In this document: positions 18,431 through 26,662 of the stretch, piece after piece | Layout of the letters: each line of letters starts with the position of its first letter | Numbering within the stretch: the stretch's first letter is position 1 | Assembly: GCF_002075285.3 (NCBI RefSeq) | Contig: NZ_CP021983.2 | Location: 3,180,001-3,212,000, forward strand | From: Halomicronema hongdechloris C2206 | GTDB lineage: Bacteria > Cyanobacteriota > Cyanobacteriia > Phormidesmidales > Phormidesmidaceae | Direction: 5' to 3' | Length of the DNA: 32,000 nt | The notes under the pieces: generated by a model | What the model saw: the letters and a program-made list of their open reading frames with translations, nothing else | What the model was told of the DNA's origin: nothing | Databases searched by the model: none | Made by a program: the position numbers and the translations under genes

Positions 18431-20023
18431 ATGTCCCCATCGCCGCCACAACTGCGTCCTTATCAAATAGAACTCATCAATGATCTCTATCGCACGTTAA
18501 ACCAAGGCCATCGGCGAGTTGCCATTATCGCTGGTACTGGTGCTGGTAAAACTGTAATCAGCGGACAAATCTGCGCTCATGCTGAGGCAGCAGGTAAGCG
18601 GCTGATGTTTTTAGTGCACCTAGATGTGCTAGTAGGGCAAACCTACGAAAAGATGAAGGCCTTTGGCCTCCATTGCGGCTTCATTAAGGCAGGCTGGGAG
18701 GAGGATCGCAACGCTCCCATTCAAATTGCTAGTGTTCAGACCATGGCCCAGCGTAAATGGTGGCGCACATGGCCCGCAGATGTCGTGTTCTATGACGAAG
18801 GGCATACCACCTTGTTTAGCCGCATCGGTAAGTCGGTGCTTTACAAGACGCATCCTCAGGCGGTGCATTTGGTCATGACTGCCACACCAGAGCGTCTCGG
18901 GAAGGATCAACTGGGAGAACATCTGGAGACGTTAGTGGCTTCGCCAGCGCCAAGCAAGCTACAGCAGATGGGGTTTCTGGCGCCCATGCGCTATTACAGC
19001 ATGCCGCCGGATGGTGTGGCTAATCTCAAGGGCATTAAAACTGTGCGGGGTGACTATGACGAAGTAGGCCTCAAGAATGCATGCGATCGCCCGGAACTCA
19101 TCGACAAAATTGTGCAGGAATGGCAACGACTAGTCCACGGTAAACGAACCATTGCCTTTTGTGTGGATATTGAGCACGCTCGCCATGTGGCTCAGGCCTT
19201 CCGTAAAGTAGGCATCCCAGCCGATACGGTAGAGGGAGGAACACCCATTAAGGAGCGACATCGCCTATATCGTGACTTACGTGACCAACGGCTTTTGGTG
19301 CTGACCTCCTGCAATGTTATTAGCATTGGGTTTGATGAGCCCAGTGTCGAAGTAGGGTTGCTATTGCGTCCGACCCAGTCTAGCGCCCTTCATTTTCAAC
19401 AGATTGGCCGAGTGATGAGAATTTCACCCCAAACCCATAAGGTCTGTGGAATCATTTTGGACCAAGCGGGAAATCTGGAACGGCTGGGGTTTCCAGAGGA
19501 CATCAAGGAATATCGACTGCCCCTGAAAAAGGACGGATCTAGCGGTGGCAAACCACCCCCGATGAAACCATGTCCGCAATGCGGGCGGATTGTCTATGCC
19601 TTTGTGGTCAAGTGTCCTGACTGTAATCACCAATGGTTGAGTGACCGCCCTCTGAATCTGGAGGATATGGTAGAGATTTACTCGCGAGATCAGGCCCATC
19701 AAATCAACGACATCCCAACACTGATCGAGTTGTTCCATAGTCACCGGCGCCGGGCCTATCAACGGGGCAATGCCCCGACTTGGGCCGAGCGCTCCTTTTG
19801 GGAGCATTGTGGCCGTTGGCCTCAAAGCAGCTGGTACCGAGGCTCTATCTTTGGCAATCGACCCAGTGCACAACAGCAGCTAGACTATCTCAGCTATCTC
19901 CAGAGCAGTGCTAGGCGCTTGGGTAAGCGGGAAGACTGGATCGTAGAGGAATTTGAGAAGGAATGTGGCCAAGGTAGCTTTCAGCAATTAGCTAACTGGC
20001 GACGGGCCCAATACCCGAGCTAG
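18431..20023 (+). CDS. Superfamily-2 DEAD/DEAH-type helicase (ResIII/RadD-like) with CxxC...CxxC zinc ribbon and uncharacterised C-terminal tail
   Basis: LRPYQ, Walker A AGTGAGKT, DEGH box, MTATPER, and motif VI QQIGRVMR. Then CPQCGRIVYAFVVKCPDC. The ORF opens at TTG 18389, and the first ATG is at 18431. Confidence 0.8.
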   Translation: MSPSPPQLRPYQIELINDLYRTLNQGHRRVAIIAGTGAGKTVISGQICAHAEAAGKRLMFLVHLDVLVGQTYEKMKAFGLHCGFIKAGWEEDRNAPIQIASVQTMAQRKWWRTWPADVVFYDEGHTTLFSRIGKSVLYKTHPQAVHLVMTATPERLGKDQLGEHLETLVASPAPSKLQQMGFLAPMRYYSMPPDGVANLKGIKTVRGDYDEVGLKNACDRPELIDKIVQEWQRLVHGKRTIAFCVDIEHARHVAQAFRKVGIPADTVEGGTPIKERHRLYRDLRDQRLLVLTSCNVISIGFDEPSVEVGLLLRPTQSSALHFQQIGRVMRISPQTHKVCGIILDQAGNLERLGFPEDIKEYRLPLKKDGSSGGKPPPMKPCPQCGRIVYAFVVKCPDCNHQWLSDRPLNLEDMVEIYSRDQAHQINDIPTLIELFHSHRRRAYQRGNAPTWAERSFWEHCGRWPQSSWYRGSIFGNRPSAQQQLDYLSYLQSSARRLGKREDWIVEEFEKECGQGSFQQLANWRRAQYPS

Positions 20024-20134
20024 CAGATGCCGTCCATCAGTAACACCTGAAGAGTCATCAACGCCCCCTACTCGTTTTTTGGTGAAATCAACTATAATTC
20101 AAATCATCACCATTTATACTGCTGACTAAAACGA

Positions 20135-21103
20135 ATGCCTGTGTTTACCACGTCTTTGCCTAAGTCCTCCTATCCAGATAGCTCAATTGATTTGTTTGAG
20201 GCTGTAGAACGGCTCAAACAGGAGCTTAATGCAGTAATCCTAGCTCATTACTACCAAGAGCCCGATATTCAGGATGTGGCCGACTATATTGGTGATTCCC
20301 TAGGACTGTCTCAAAAAGCCGCCACTACAGATGCTGATGTAATCGTGTTTGCCGGTGTTCACTTTATGGCGGAAACTGCCAAAATTCTCAATCCAGAGAA
20401 GCAGGTGCTATTGCCAGATCTAGATGCGGGCTGCTCCTTGGCGGATACCTGCCCTCCTGATGCTTTTGCAGCCTTCAAGGCAGCTCACCCTAACCATTTA
20501 GTGGTGTCTTACATTAATTGCTCAGCGGCGATTAAGGCGATGAGCGACATCATTTGCACGAGCTCTAATGCGGTGAAACTGATACAACAAATTCCGGCCG
20601 AGCAACCCATTATTTTTGCCCCAGATCGCAATCTGGGCCGCTATGTCATGGCCCAAACAGGACGAGACATGGTGCTGTGGCAGGGAAGCTGCATTGTTCA
20701 TGAAACCTTTTCTGAGAAGAAGTTGGTTCAACTGCAGATGGAATATCCGACGGCTGAGGTAATTGCCCATCCTGAATGTGAAGAGCCAGTGTTGCAACGG
20801 GCCCATTTTATTGGCTCCACAACTGCGTTGCTCAACTATGCCAAGCAGAGTCAGACACAACAGTTCATCGTGGTTACGGAGTCAGGCATTATCCACCAGA
20901 TGCAGAAGCAGTTGCCCCACAAGTTCTTCATTCCAGCACCCCCAATGAATCAGTGCGCCTGCAACGAGTGTCCTCATATGCGCTTAAATACCCTGGAAAA
21001 GCTGCATCAAGCCATGATCCATCGGCGACCTGAAATCGTGCTTCCAGAGGATGTACGGCAAGCGGCTCTGCGGCCAATCCAACGCATGTTGGAGATGAGT
21101 TAG
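20135..21103 (+). CDS. nadA: Quinolinate synthase A
   Basis: 322-aa ORF with NadA signatures: [40 protein letters not shown] and CNECPHM. Confidence 0.93.
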   Translation: MPVFTTSLPKSSYPDSSIDLFEAVERLKQELNAVILAHYYQEPDIQDVADYIGDSLGLSQKAATTDADVIVFAGVHFMAETAKILNPEKQVLLPDLDAGCSLADTCPPDAFAAFKAAHPNHLVVSYINCSAAIKAMSDIICTSSNAVKLIQQIPAEQPIIFAPDRNLGRYVMAQTGRDMVLWQGSCIVHETFSEKKLVQLQMEYPTAEVIAHPECEEPVLQRAHFIGSTTALLNYAKQSQTQQFIVVTESGIIHQMQKQLPHKFFIPAPPMNQCACNECPHMRLNTLEKLHQAMIHRRPEIVLPEDVRQAALRPIQRMLEMS

Positions 21104-21201
21104 GGGACTCGCAGGTATCAATCCCAGGAGAACTATCTAGGGAGGAGCTAGGTAAAAGTGAATCCCTTACGGCAAGGCCTAGCGCTAGACTTGCTCAAGA
21201 T

Positions 21202-21687
21202 TTAGCTATCCAAGAACTGCTGCAAGTGTTCGGTCAGATGCTCTACTAATCCCTTGGACTGCCCTACGTCGGCTTTAGCTTCGCCTTCGACGCGTTCAAC
21301 GACATCTTCGGGCAAATCGAGTAGACCCACGAGGCGTTGATAGGCGGCTTCTTCTTCCTGGTTGATTAGGGCCTCCTCAGGAGTTCGAGCACTGGAGCTG
21401 ATGACGGCATAGCCTAAGCGCAGTACGAGCTCTCGTTCTTCTTGACTTGACAGTCTAGGGACGAGTTCTTCCAGAGGAATATTCTGGACTAAATAGTCTT
21501 GGAGCTCTTGCTGTAATGTCCTCTGCTGCTGGGGAGTCTGGGCAAACAGACGACTGAATTGGTCCACCATGAGGTCAGCTTCTTCTTGGGAGAGATTGCC
21601 ATCGCTCCAAGCCATGGCACTGACGACTCGCAAGAGTGTCATTTGCTGAGGTGAGATAGAGGGGGGGGGCGGGGGATGGTGGACCAT
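21202..21687 (-). CDS. TerB-like (tellurite-resistance TerB family fold) protein with N-terminal pentaproline
   Basis: 161-aa ORF. VSAMAWSDGNLSQEEADLM and LGYAVISS...EEEAAYQRL are TerB-like. A strong SD AAGGAGG lies 6 nt upstream of the ATG at 21687. The N-terminus is MVHHPPPPPS. Confidence 0.65.
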   Translation of the reverse strand: MVHHPPPPPSISPQQMTLLRVVSAMAWSDGNLSQEEADLMVDQFSRLFAQTPQQQRTLQQELQDYLVQNIPLEELVPRLSSQEERELVLRLGYAVISSSARTPEEALINQEEEAAYQRLVGLLDLPEDVVERVEGEAKADVGQSKGLVEHLTEHLQQFLDS

Positions 21688-21821
21688 GCTGGGCCTCCTT
21701 CAAACAGCAACTGGATAGACCAACCTGAAGCTAACCCTACCACAGACCATAGGGTATGGTTAGTGATTTCCCATTGTCTACAGAATCGCCTATGTCGGCA
21801 TCTTGAGGCCTCTGGCCTAGA

Positions 21822-22505
21822 TCAGGTATGGCCGGCTAAGTGAGCTAGCTGCTTCGTATTAATAATGGTGATGGTATTTCGATCGGGATCGACTTGCAGC
21901 CATCCTTTGGTGAGCAGTTTTTCCATGATCTTGCTGGCGTCATCGGCAGAGATATCTGTGACATCCGCAAGATCTTTTGAGGGAATATTCAGGATTTCGA
22001 TCCCGGCTTCGGTGGGGTGACCGTAGGCTTCTTGTAGGGTAGCCAGGGTGTTAGCTAACTTCACAGCAGGAGGCTGGTGACGTAACTGGAAACGGAAATT
22101 AGTCTGCCGCAGTCGCTGTACCATGAGTTGCAGCATCCGGTGATGCAACTGGGGATCTTTAAATAGAGTTTGAATAAACCGTTGAGCAGAGACGCTGAGT
22201 AATTTAACGGCCGTCATGGCGACGACGTCGGTGGAGCGGGGAGATTCATCTAAAATGGCCATTTCACCAAAGAAATCGCCTTGCCCCAGCACAGCTAGTG
22301 TGACGACGTCTTCGTTGGCATGGCGACGGACTCGCACCCAGCCGGATTCGATGAAGTAGACAGCGTTCCCCCAAGCGTCCTCCATCAAGACAGCTCGCTC
22401 TGCAGGGTACTCGTGTTCAGTGGCGACAGAAAGCAGCCATTCAATGGTTTCAGGATTGGCTGCGTTAAATAGGGAGAACAGCTCGCTAAAGGTGTCAGGC
22501 TGCAT
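21822..22505 (-). CDS. Crp/Fnr-family transcriptional regulator (cNMP-binding domain plus C-terminal wHTH)
   Basis: 227-aa ORF. cNMP-binding core GDFFGEMAILDESPRSTDVVA. C-terminal HTH-like segment SKDLADVTDISADDASKIMEKLLTKGWL. Confidence 0.8.
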   Translation of the reverse strand: MQPDTFSELFSLFNAANPETIEWLLSVATEHEYPAERAVLMEDAWGNAVYFIESGWVRVRRHANEDVVTLAVLGQGDFFGEMAILDESPRSTDVVAMTAVKLLSVSAQRFIQTLFKDPQLHHRMLQLMVQRLRQTNFRFQLRHQPPAVKLANTLATLQEAYGHPTEAGIEILNIPSKDLADVTDISADDASKIMEKLLTKGWLQVDPDRNTITIINTKQLAHLAGHT

Positions 22506-22731
22506 GAAAATGTCACGATGGGATGGACAAGGAAGATAGACAGTGTCAGATGCTTTAATCTACCTCGCCCAGCTAGAGATCTGGAGTTTTCCTTGGAATA
22601 CCCCTACAGGTCCGAATTTGGACGAGGTTTGAAGGCACTGGTTGCAAGACCTCTTGCAACATAGTAACGACAAATTCCTCAGATTTTGCATGGGGGCGGT
22701 GGATTTATTGACAGAGGTGTCGCAATGGAGG

Positions 22732-23601
22732 TTAGGTAACTGGGGTTTCGGTGGCTAGGACCTCGGCGACAGCCCGTTTTATCTGAGGTCTGAGGACATC
22801 GACTCGCCGGGGCCATCCTATTAGGATGGCTTGATGGTGGGTCAGGGTCTGTTGATCTACGGCGTTACCATCGAAGCGGATGGGATTGCCTGCTAGATCG
22901 CAACAGGTAAGACCGGCAGTGGTAGCTAGGGCTAGGGGACCGGTGGTGTCCCAGAGCTTAACACGACCATTGAGGTAGAGATATAAACTGGCTTTTCCCT
23001 GCATGACCGCCAGTACTTTCAGGCCAAAACTGCCAACGGCATCCCAGGGAAGGGCAGCACTATGCCGGGCGATCGCATCGCCGAATCGGCGTCGATCTTT
23101 ATCACCCAATAGGATGCGATCGCACCTAAGGGTGTCTTCAGGCGGCTGCGGTTTCAGTGGGTAAGAGTTGCCAGCCTCAGCTTGGAATAATCCCCAGTCA
23201 GGCCCTCCCCAATATAGACGGTCTAGCGCCGGGGCATAGATCCAGCCTGCTTGGGGGCGAGACTGCTGCAATAGTCCCACCATGATGGCGTAGAACCGAC
23301 CTTGTTTAATGAAATTATCCGTCCCGTCAATGGGATCAATCAACCAGAGCCGCTTATGGCGTTGGTCAAAGGCGGATTGAGAGGCAACATTCTCTTCCGT
23401 AATGATGCCATCTTGAGGAAACCAGCGAGAGAAGCCCTGGAACAACTGTTGATCTAAAGCTCGATCGACGCTGGTGACATAGTCATCTTGCCCTTTTTCA
23501 AAGACCTCAAAAACTTGAGTAGCCGCTTGTCTAGCCTGCTGGCCACACGCTAATAACAGTTGCTGGATAGCATCGAGTTCGGCAGTCGCAAGGGGCGCCA
23601 T
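22732..23601 (-). CDS. Inositol monophosphatase / CysQ-type 3'(2'),5'-bisphosphate nucleotidase family protein
   Basis: 289-aa ORF with family motifs WLIDPIDGTDNF and LWDTTGPLALA. Confidence 0.8.
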   Translation of the reverse strand: MAPLATAELDAIQQLLLACGQQARQAATQVFEVFEKGQDDYVTSVDRALDQQLFQGFSRWFPQDGIITEENVASQSAFDQRHKRLWLIDPIDGTDNFIKQGRFYAIMVGLLQQSRPQAGWIYAPALDRLYWGGPDWGLFQAEAGNSYPLKPQPPEDTLRCDRILLGDKDRRRFGDAIARHSAALPWDAVGSFGLKVLAVMQGKASLYLYLNGRVKLWDTTGPLALATTAGLTCCDLAGNPIRFDGNAVDQQTLTHHQAILIGWPRRVDVLRPQIKRAVAEVLATETPVT

Positions 23602-23673
23602 AAAAATAAGCCAGAATTCCAGATGGCTATCAGGCTAAGGCCCTAACACCTGACAGTCTAAAGGAATCTTGCT

Positions 23674-23709
23674 AAAAAAATGGGCTAGCCCTAGAGAAAT
23701 AGCTAGCCC
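23674..23709 (-). terminator. Rho-independent terminator after the DUF1257 gene
   Basis: On the minus strand: GGGCTAGC (23709-23702), 12-nt loop, GCTAGCCC (23689-23682), one A, then a run of 7 U (plus-strand A7 at 23674-23680). It lies 24 nt downstream of the stop at 23733. Confidence 0.8.
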
Positions 23710-23732
23710 AAATTCGGGAACGCGTTGGGAGC

Positions 23733-24083
23733 TTACTGAAGCACCAGTTTAACGTTGGCATTCTGCAGGCCAGGGCGCTTAACCTCAGCCAGCGTCTTGT
23801 TCACGGCATACTTCTGGTTGATGGAGTTGATCAGCTCAGTCTGATTGTGCTTCTTGGCGACGCCCCAGAGATCCGCAATCAAATCGAAGGAGCCATCGGC
23901 ATTGCGAGACCAGCCCAGATCGTATTCACCGTCTAGAACGGCGACGATGTCAGCCCGAACACGCTGACCGTTGTAGCCGCGAACGTCAGCATCCGTCTTA
24001 ACGGAGACGCCAAGATCACACAAGGATGTCTTGAGGATTTCGGCATCAGTGATCTTGGTGCGTAGGGTGCTGAAGTGAGACAT
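23733..24083 (-). CDS. ycf35: DUF1257 family protein (plastid/cyanobacterial Ycf35 type)
   Basis: 116-aa ORF beginning MSHFSTLRTKITDAEILKTSLCDLG, the characteristic Ycf35/DUF1257 N-terminus. SD AGGAGGA lies upstream of the ATG. Confidence 0.7.
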   Translation of the reverse strand: MSHFSTLRTKITDAEILKTSLCDLGVSVKTDADVRGYNGQRVRADIVAVLDGEYDLGWSRNADGSFDLIADLWGVAKKHNQTELINSINQKYAVNKTLAEVKRPGLQNANVKLVLQ

Positions 24084-24226
24084 TGTGTTTCCTCCTGAGA
24101 GAAATTGAGAGAGACAACGAGGTTTGAGCGTAAGTAGCCCGTGGGCTAGAGATGACTAGCTATGGGCTGTGGGACTGCTAGCAGAATGCTAGCCTTTCTC
24201 CCTGCACACACAGAGAAGAAAGTCTG

Positions 24227-25750
24227 TTAAAACTCCATCCGCTGATACTCAGCGACGGAGGCTGCCGCCGGACGTGCCCGCTGCCGAGCCCAATCGCGCA
24301 GGGCCGTCACTTGTTCATTCATTGTCTTCGACAGGGGCATAGTGGCCCGAATCGCTGCAATGATATCGAGTTGGGTAAACTCACGTCCTTGGGCAAATGC
24401 TTCATACATGGCCGAGATTAATCCTTGCTCGATCTCAGCCCCAGAAAAGCCGTCACACACCTTGGTGAGCTGATCGAGATCGAAACGGGAAATGTCACGA
24501 CGACGTTTCTGTAGGTGAATGCGGAAGATTTCCTGGCGCTCCTCGGCGTTGGGGAGGTCGACGAAGAAGATCTCATCGAAGCGACCTTTCCGCAAAAACT
24601 CGCTGGGCAGCCGTTCGACTCGGTTGGCGGTTGCCATCACAAATACCGGAGACATCTTTTCCTGCATCCAGGTGAGGAAGGTGCCGAAGATGCGACTAGA
24701 GGTACCACCATCGGAGTCAGAAGACCCTGCTCCACCAGCAAAGGCTTTATCAATCTCATCAATAAACAAGATAGCTGGGGAAATAGATTCTGCTGTCCGC
24801 AGGGCATTGCGTAGATTGGCTTCAGAGCGGCCTACGGTAGAGCCATCATAGACCCGACCTAAGTCCAACCGTAGCAGTGGCAAGCCCCACAACCGGGAGG
24901 TAGTCTTGGCGATGAGGGATTTTCCACACCCCGGCACACCCAGGATCAGCATGCCTTTAGGCTGGGGTAGACCGTATTCGCGGGCTCGCTCGGTGAACGC
25001 ATCGGAGCGCTGACACAACCAATGCTTCAGCTCTTCCAACCCACCGACGGAATCAATAGTCTCATCGACATCAATGTACTCCAAGATGCCATTGCGGCGA
25101 ATGAGCTGTTTCTTCTCACTCAGCACAATGTCGACTTCGTCGTCGGTCAGCCGTCCAGTCATCACTCGGGATTTGCGATACACCTTTTCAGCTTCATCGC
25201 GGGTCAGTCCTAGGGCCGCCTTTAGCAACTTCTCGCGCACTTCGGTGGTGATGTTGGCGCTCTTAGCTCGATCGAGCTCAGCAGAGAGGACTTCATTCAA
25301 CTCGCCCATATCAGGCAGCGGAAAGTCTAGCACCACCACCTCTTTCTCTAGCTCGATGGGGACTTCCTGCACTGGCGACATCAGGATAATGGTTTTATGG
25401 GAGTCCCTAAAGCCTGCGATCGCATCTCTGAGACAACGCGTCACCGCCGGAGAATCCCGAAACGGATGTAAATCCTTAAATACAAAGAGTCCCGGCTCCC
25501 GCTGTCGAATCACCCACTCCACGGCTGCCTCTGGCGATACCGTATTGTTATGCTGAGTGACATTCCGAGGCTGACCATGCTCCACGATGCCGTGGGTCAT
25601 GGTCCAGGTAAATACTCGACGCTGAGGCCGTAACCGTTGAGCGACAGAGGCGATGGTCTGCTCTGCCCGATCCTCCTCGAACGTAACCAGATAAATTAGA
25701 GGATACTGAGCCTGTATCAATACGTTGAGATCTTCTCTCATGACCATCAC
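24227..25750 (-). CDS. ycf46: AAA+ ATPase, Ycf46 family
   Basis: Ycf46-type N-terminal domain (LNVLIQAQYPLIYLVTFEEDRAEQTI). Classic-clade AAA module: Walker A GVPGCGKS, Walker B ILFIDEIDK, VFVMATANR, and RKGRFDEIFFVDLP. Start candidates are GTG 25750, ATG 25747 (GAGG 5 nt upstream) and ATG 25741. Confidence 0.88.
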   Translation of the reverse strand: MMVMREDLNVLIQAQYPLIYLVTFEEDRAEQTIASVAQRLRPQRRVFTWTMTHGIVEHGQPRNVTQHNNTVSPEAAVEWVIRQREPGLFVFKDLHPFRDSPAVTRCLRDAIAGFRDSHKTIILMSPVQEVPIELEKEVVVLDFPLPDMGELNEVLSAELDRAKSANITTEVREKLLKAALGLTRDEAEKVYRKSRVMTGRLTDDEVDIVLSEKKQLIRRNGILEYIDVDETIDSVGGLEELKHWLCQRSDAFTERAREYGLPQPKGMLILGVPGCGKSLIAKTTSRLWGLPLLRLDLGRVYDGSTVGRSEANLRNALRTAESISPAILFIDEIDKAFAGGAGSSDSDGGTSSRIFGTFLTWMQEKMSPVFVMATANRVERLPSEFLRKGRFDEIFFVDLPNAEERQEIFRIHLQKRRRDISRFDLDQLTKVCDGFSGAEIEQGLISAMYEAFAQGREFTQLDIIAAIRATMPLSKTMNEQVTALRDWARQRARPAAASVAEYQRMEF

Positions 25751-25891
25751 TCCCTCGGCGAAAGACGGCGTGCGGAAATCAAGCTAGCGGGAAAATATAC
25801 GAACTTATGACTACTGAGCAATTGAATAAGGCCTAGTTGACCTAAGTTACCTGATGCCTAGGACCTGTACACCTAGACCTAACTCAGGCAG

Positions 25892-26248
25892 CTAACAAAC
25901 CACCAACTCTCCCTCTTCGGGGCGCTGAGATTCCGGCGCCATCTCCTGAACATCTACTGGTAAGTCTTCCGATGCATCAATGACAGCGGCTTCTGACAGA
26001 TTCACTAGCTCACCCTCACGGATGACAGCAGACGTAGAACAATTAGGACAACTGTAGACCTGATGGGTATGACCGTATGCTCGCTCCAAGCCATCCACGA
26101 CATCGGAGTGGGCCAAGTAGAAATCGATCGCTCGTTCGGCAATGGCAGACATCGCTTCCCCATCTACCGCAGAGCGGATCTTGAGTTGACGATGCAGGTC
26201 GGGCGGGAGATATAACGTGACCTTCGTAGCCTTCTGCGTATCTTGCAT
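25892..26248 (-). CDS. Ribbon-helix-helix (CopG/Arc/ParG-like) protein with a C-terminal CxxC-containing acidic tail
   Basis: KVTLYLPPDLHRQLKIRSAVDGEAMSAIAERAIDFYL is a typical RHH. It is followed by YSCPNCSTS and an acidic tail. I started it at ATG 26248 because the 22 upstream codons of the tracked ORF overlap a good promoter. Confidence 0.65.
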   Translation of the reverse strand: MQDTQKATKVTLYLPPDLHRQLKIRSAVDGEAMSAIAERAIDFYLAHSDVVDGLERAYGHTHQVYSCPNCSTSAVIREGELVNLSEAAVIDASEDLPVDVQEMAPESQRPEEGELVVC

Positions 26249-26284
26249 ATCACACGTCAATAGCAGTACCCGGGTATGAATGTC

Positions 26285-26314
26285 ACCATATCGGCTGCCC
26301 GCCAGAGCTGTCAA
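26285..26314 (-). promoter_or_regulatory. Sigma-70-type promoter candidate for the RHH gene
   Basis: The minus strand reads TTGACA (26314-26309), 18 nt, TATGGT (26290-26285). The ATG at 26248 lies about 36 nt downstream of the -10. Confidence 0.45.
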
Positions 26315-26342
26315 GACAGCATGCTGGCATGACGTCAGTCTT

Positions 26343-26360
26343 GTTACACTTCGTTACATT
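26343..26360 (+). promoter_or_regulatory. HLR1-like direct repeat (candidate RpaB binding site)
   Basis: GTTACACT-TC-GTTACATT compared with the HLR1 consensus (G/T)TTACA(T/A)(T/A)-N2-(G/T)TTACA(T/A)(T/A). There is one mismatch. It lies about 30 nt upstream of the -35 of the RHH promoter candidate. Confidence 0.5.
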
Positions 26361-26662
26361 GCCCATTGCCCAGCATGACTGTCCGGACGGGGGCTCGCCA
26401 GGTCAGAAACAATGGCAAGAGTGATCTCAAGAAGTCTATGCGGCCACGGCTGCGGCCACGACCATATAGACGCCCACTGACACAGTGGCAACGCCTATCT
26501 GAGCGGCATGTGAAAGCTCTAGGATTCGAGCCCATCACCGCCCATCGTAATTGGGGGCAAATTGGCGGCAATCCTGTGTCGTTGTCTACCAGGGCCAACC
26601 GGGCTGCAGGCTGCAGTTAACCTGCTGTTAACTTATGCAAAGGGTGTCTGAAGGGGCCGAAA

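Noticed and set aside
19424-19873. 149-aa minus-strand ORF inside the helicase gene, together with the ORF at 18629-18922
   Set aside because: These are antisense artefacts. The helicase motifs on the plus strand explain the open frame.
25074-25556. 160-aa ORF on the plus strand, together with the ORFs at 24515-24851 and 25022-25213, antisense to the AAA+ ATPase gene
   Set aside because: The Ser/Thr/Arg-rich low-complexity translation is typical of the antisense frame of a real gene. The opposite strand carries unmistakable AAA+ motifs.
26249-26314. 22-codon N-terminal extension of the RHH ORF (MTALAGSRYGDIHTRVLLLTCD)
   Set aside because: It overlaps a good TTGACA-N18-TATGGT promoter. The RHH fold begins right after the internal ATG at 26248.
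26330-26337. Perfect palindrome TGACGTCA, also at 31798-31805 and 4789-4796
   Set aside because: There are three copies of an 8-mer, one of them inside sppA. I know of no cyanobacterial regulator with this site, so it is too weak to call.
26518-26540. GGATTCGAGCC, reverse complement GGCTCGAATCC, resembling a tRNA or tmRNA T-loop
   Set aside because: I could not build a 5-bp T-stem, acceptor stem or D-arm on either strand. It is not a tRNA or tmRNA gene, and at most a chance match or decayed fragment.
26344-26620. Mirror-image 84-aa ORFs in the RHH / TPR intergenic region
   Set aside because: Both are Arg/Pro-rich with no start context or motifs. Mirror ORFs in GC-rich repeat-bearing DNA are usually non-coding.
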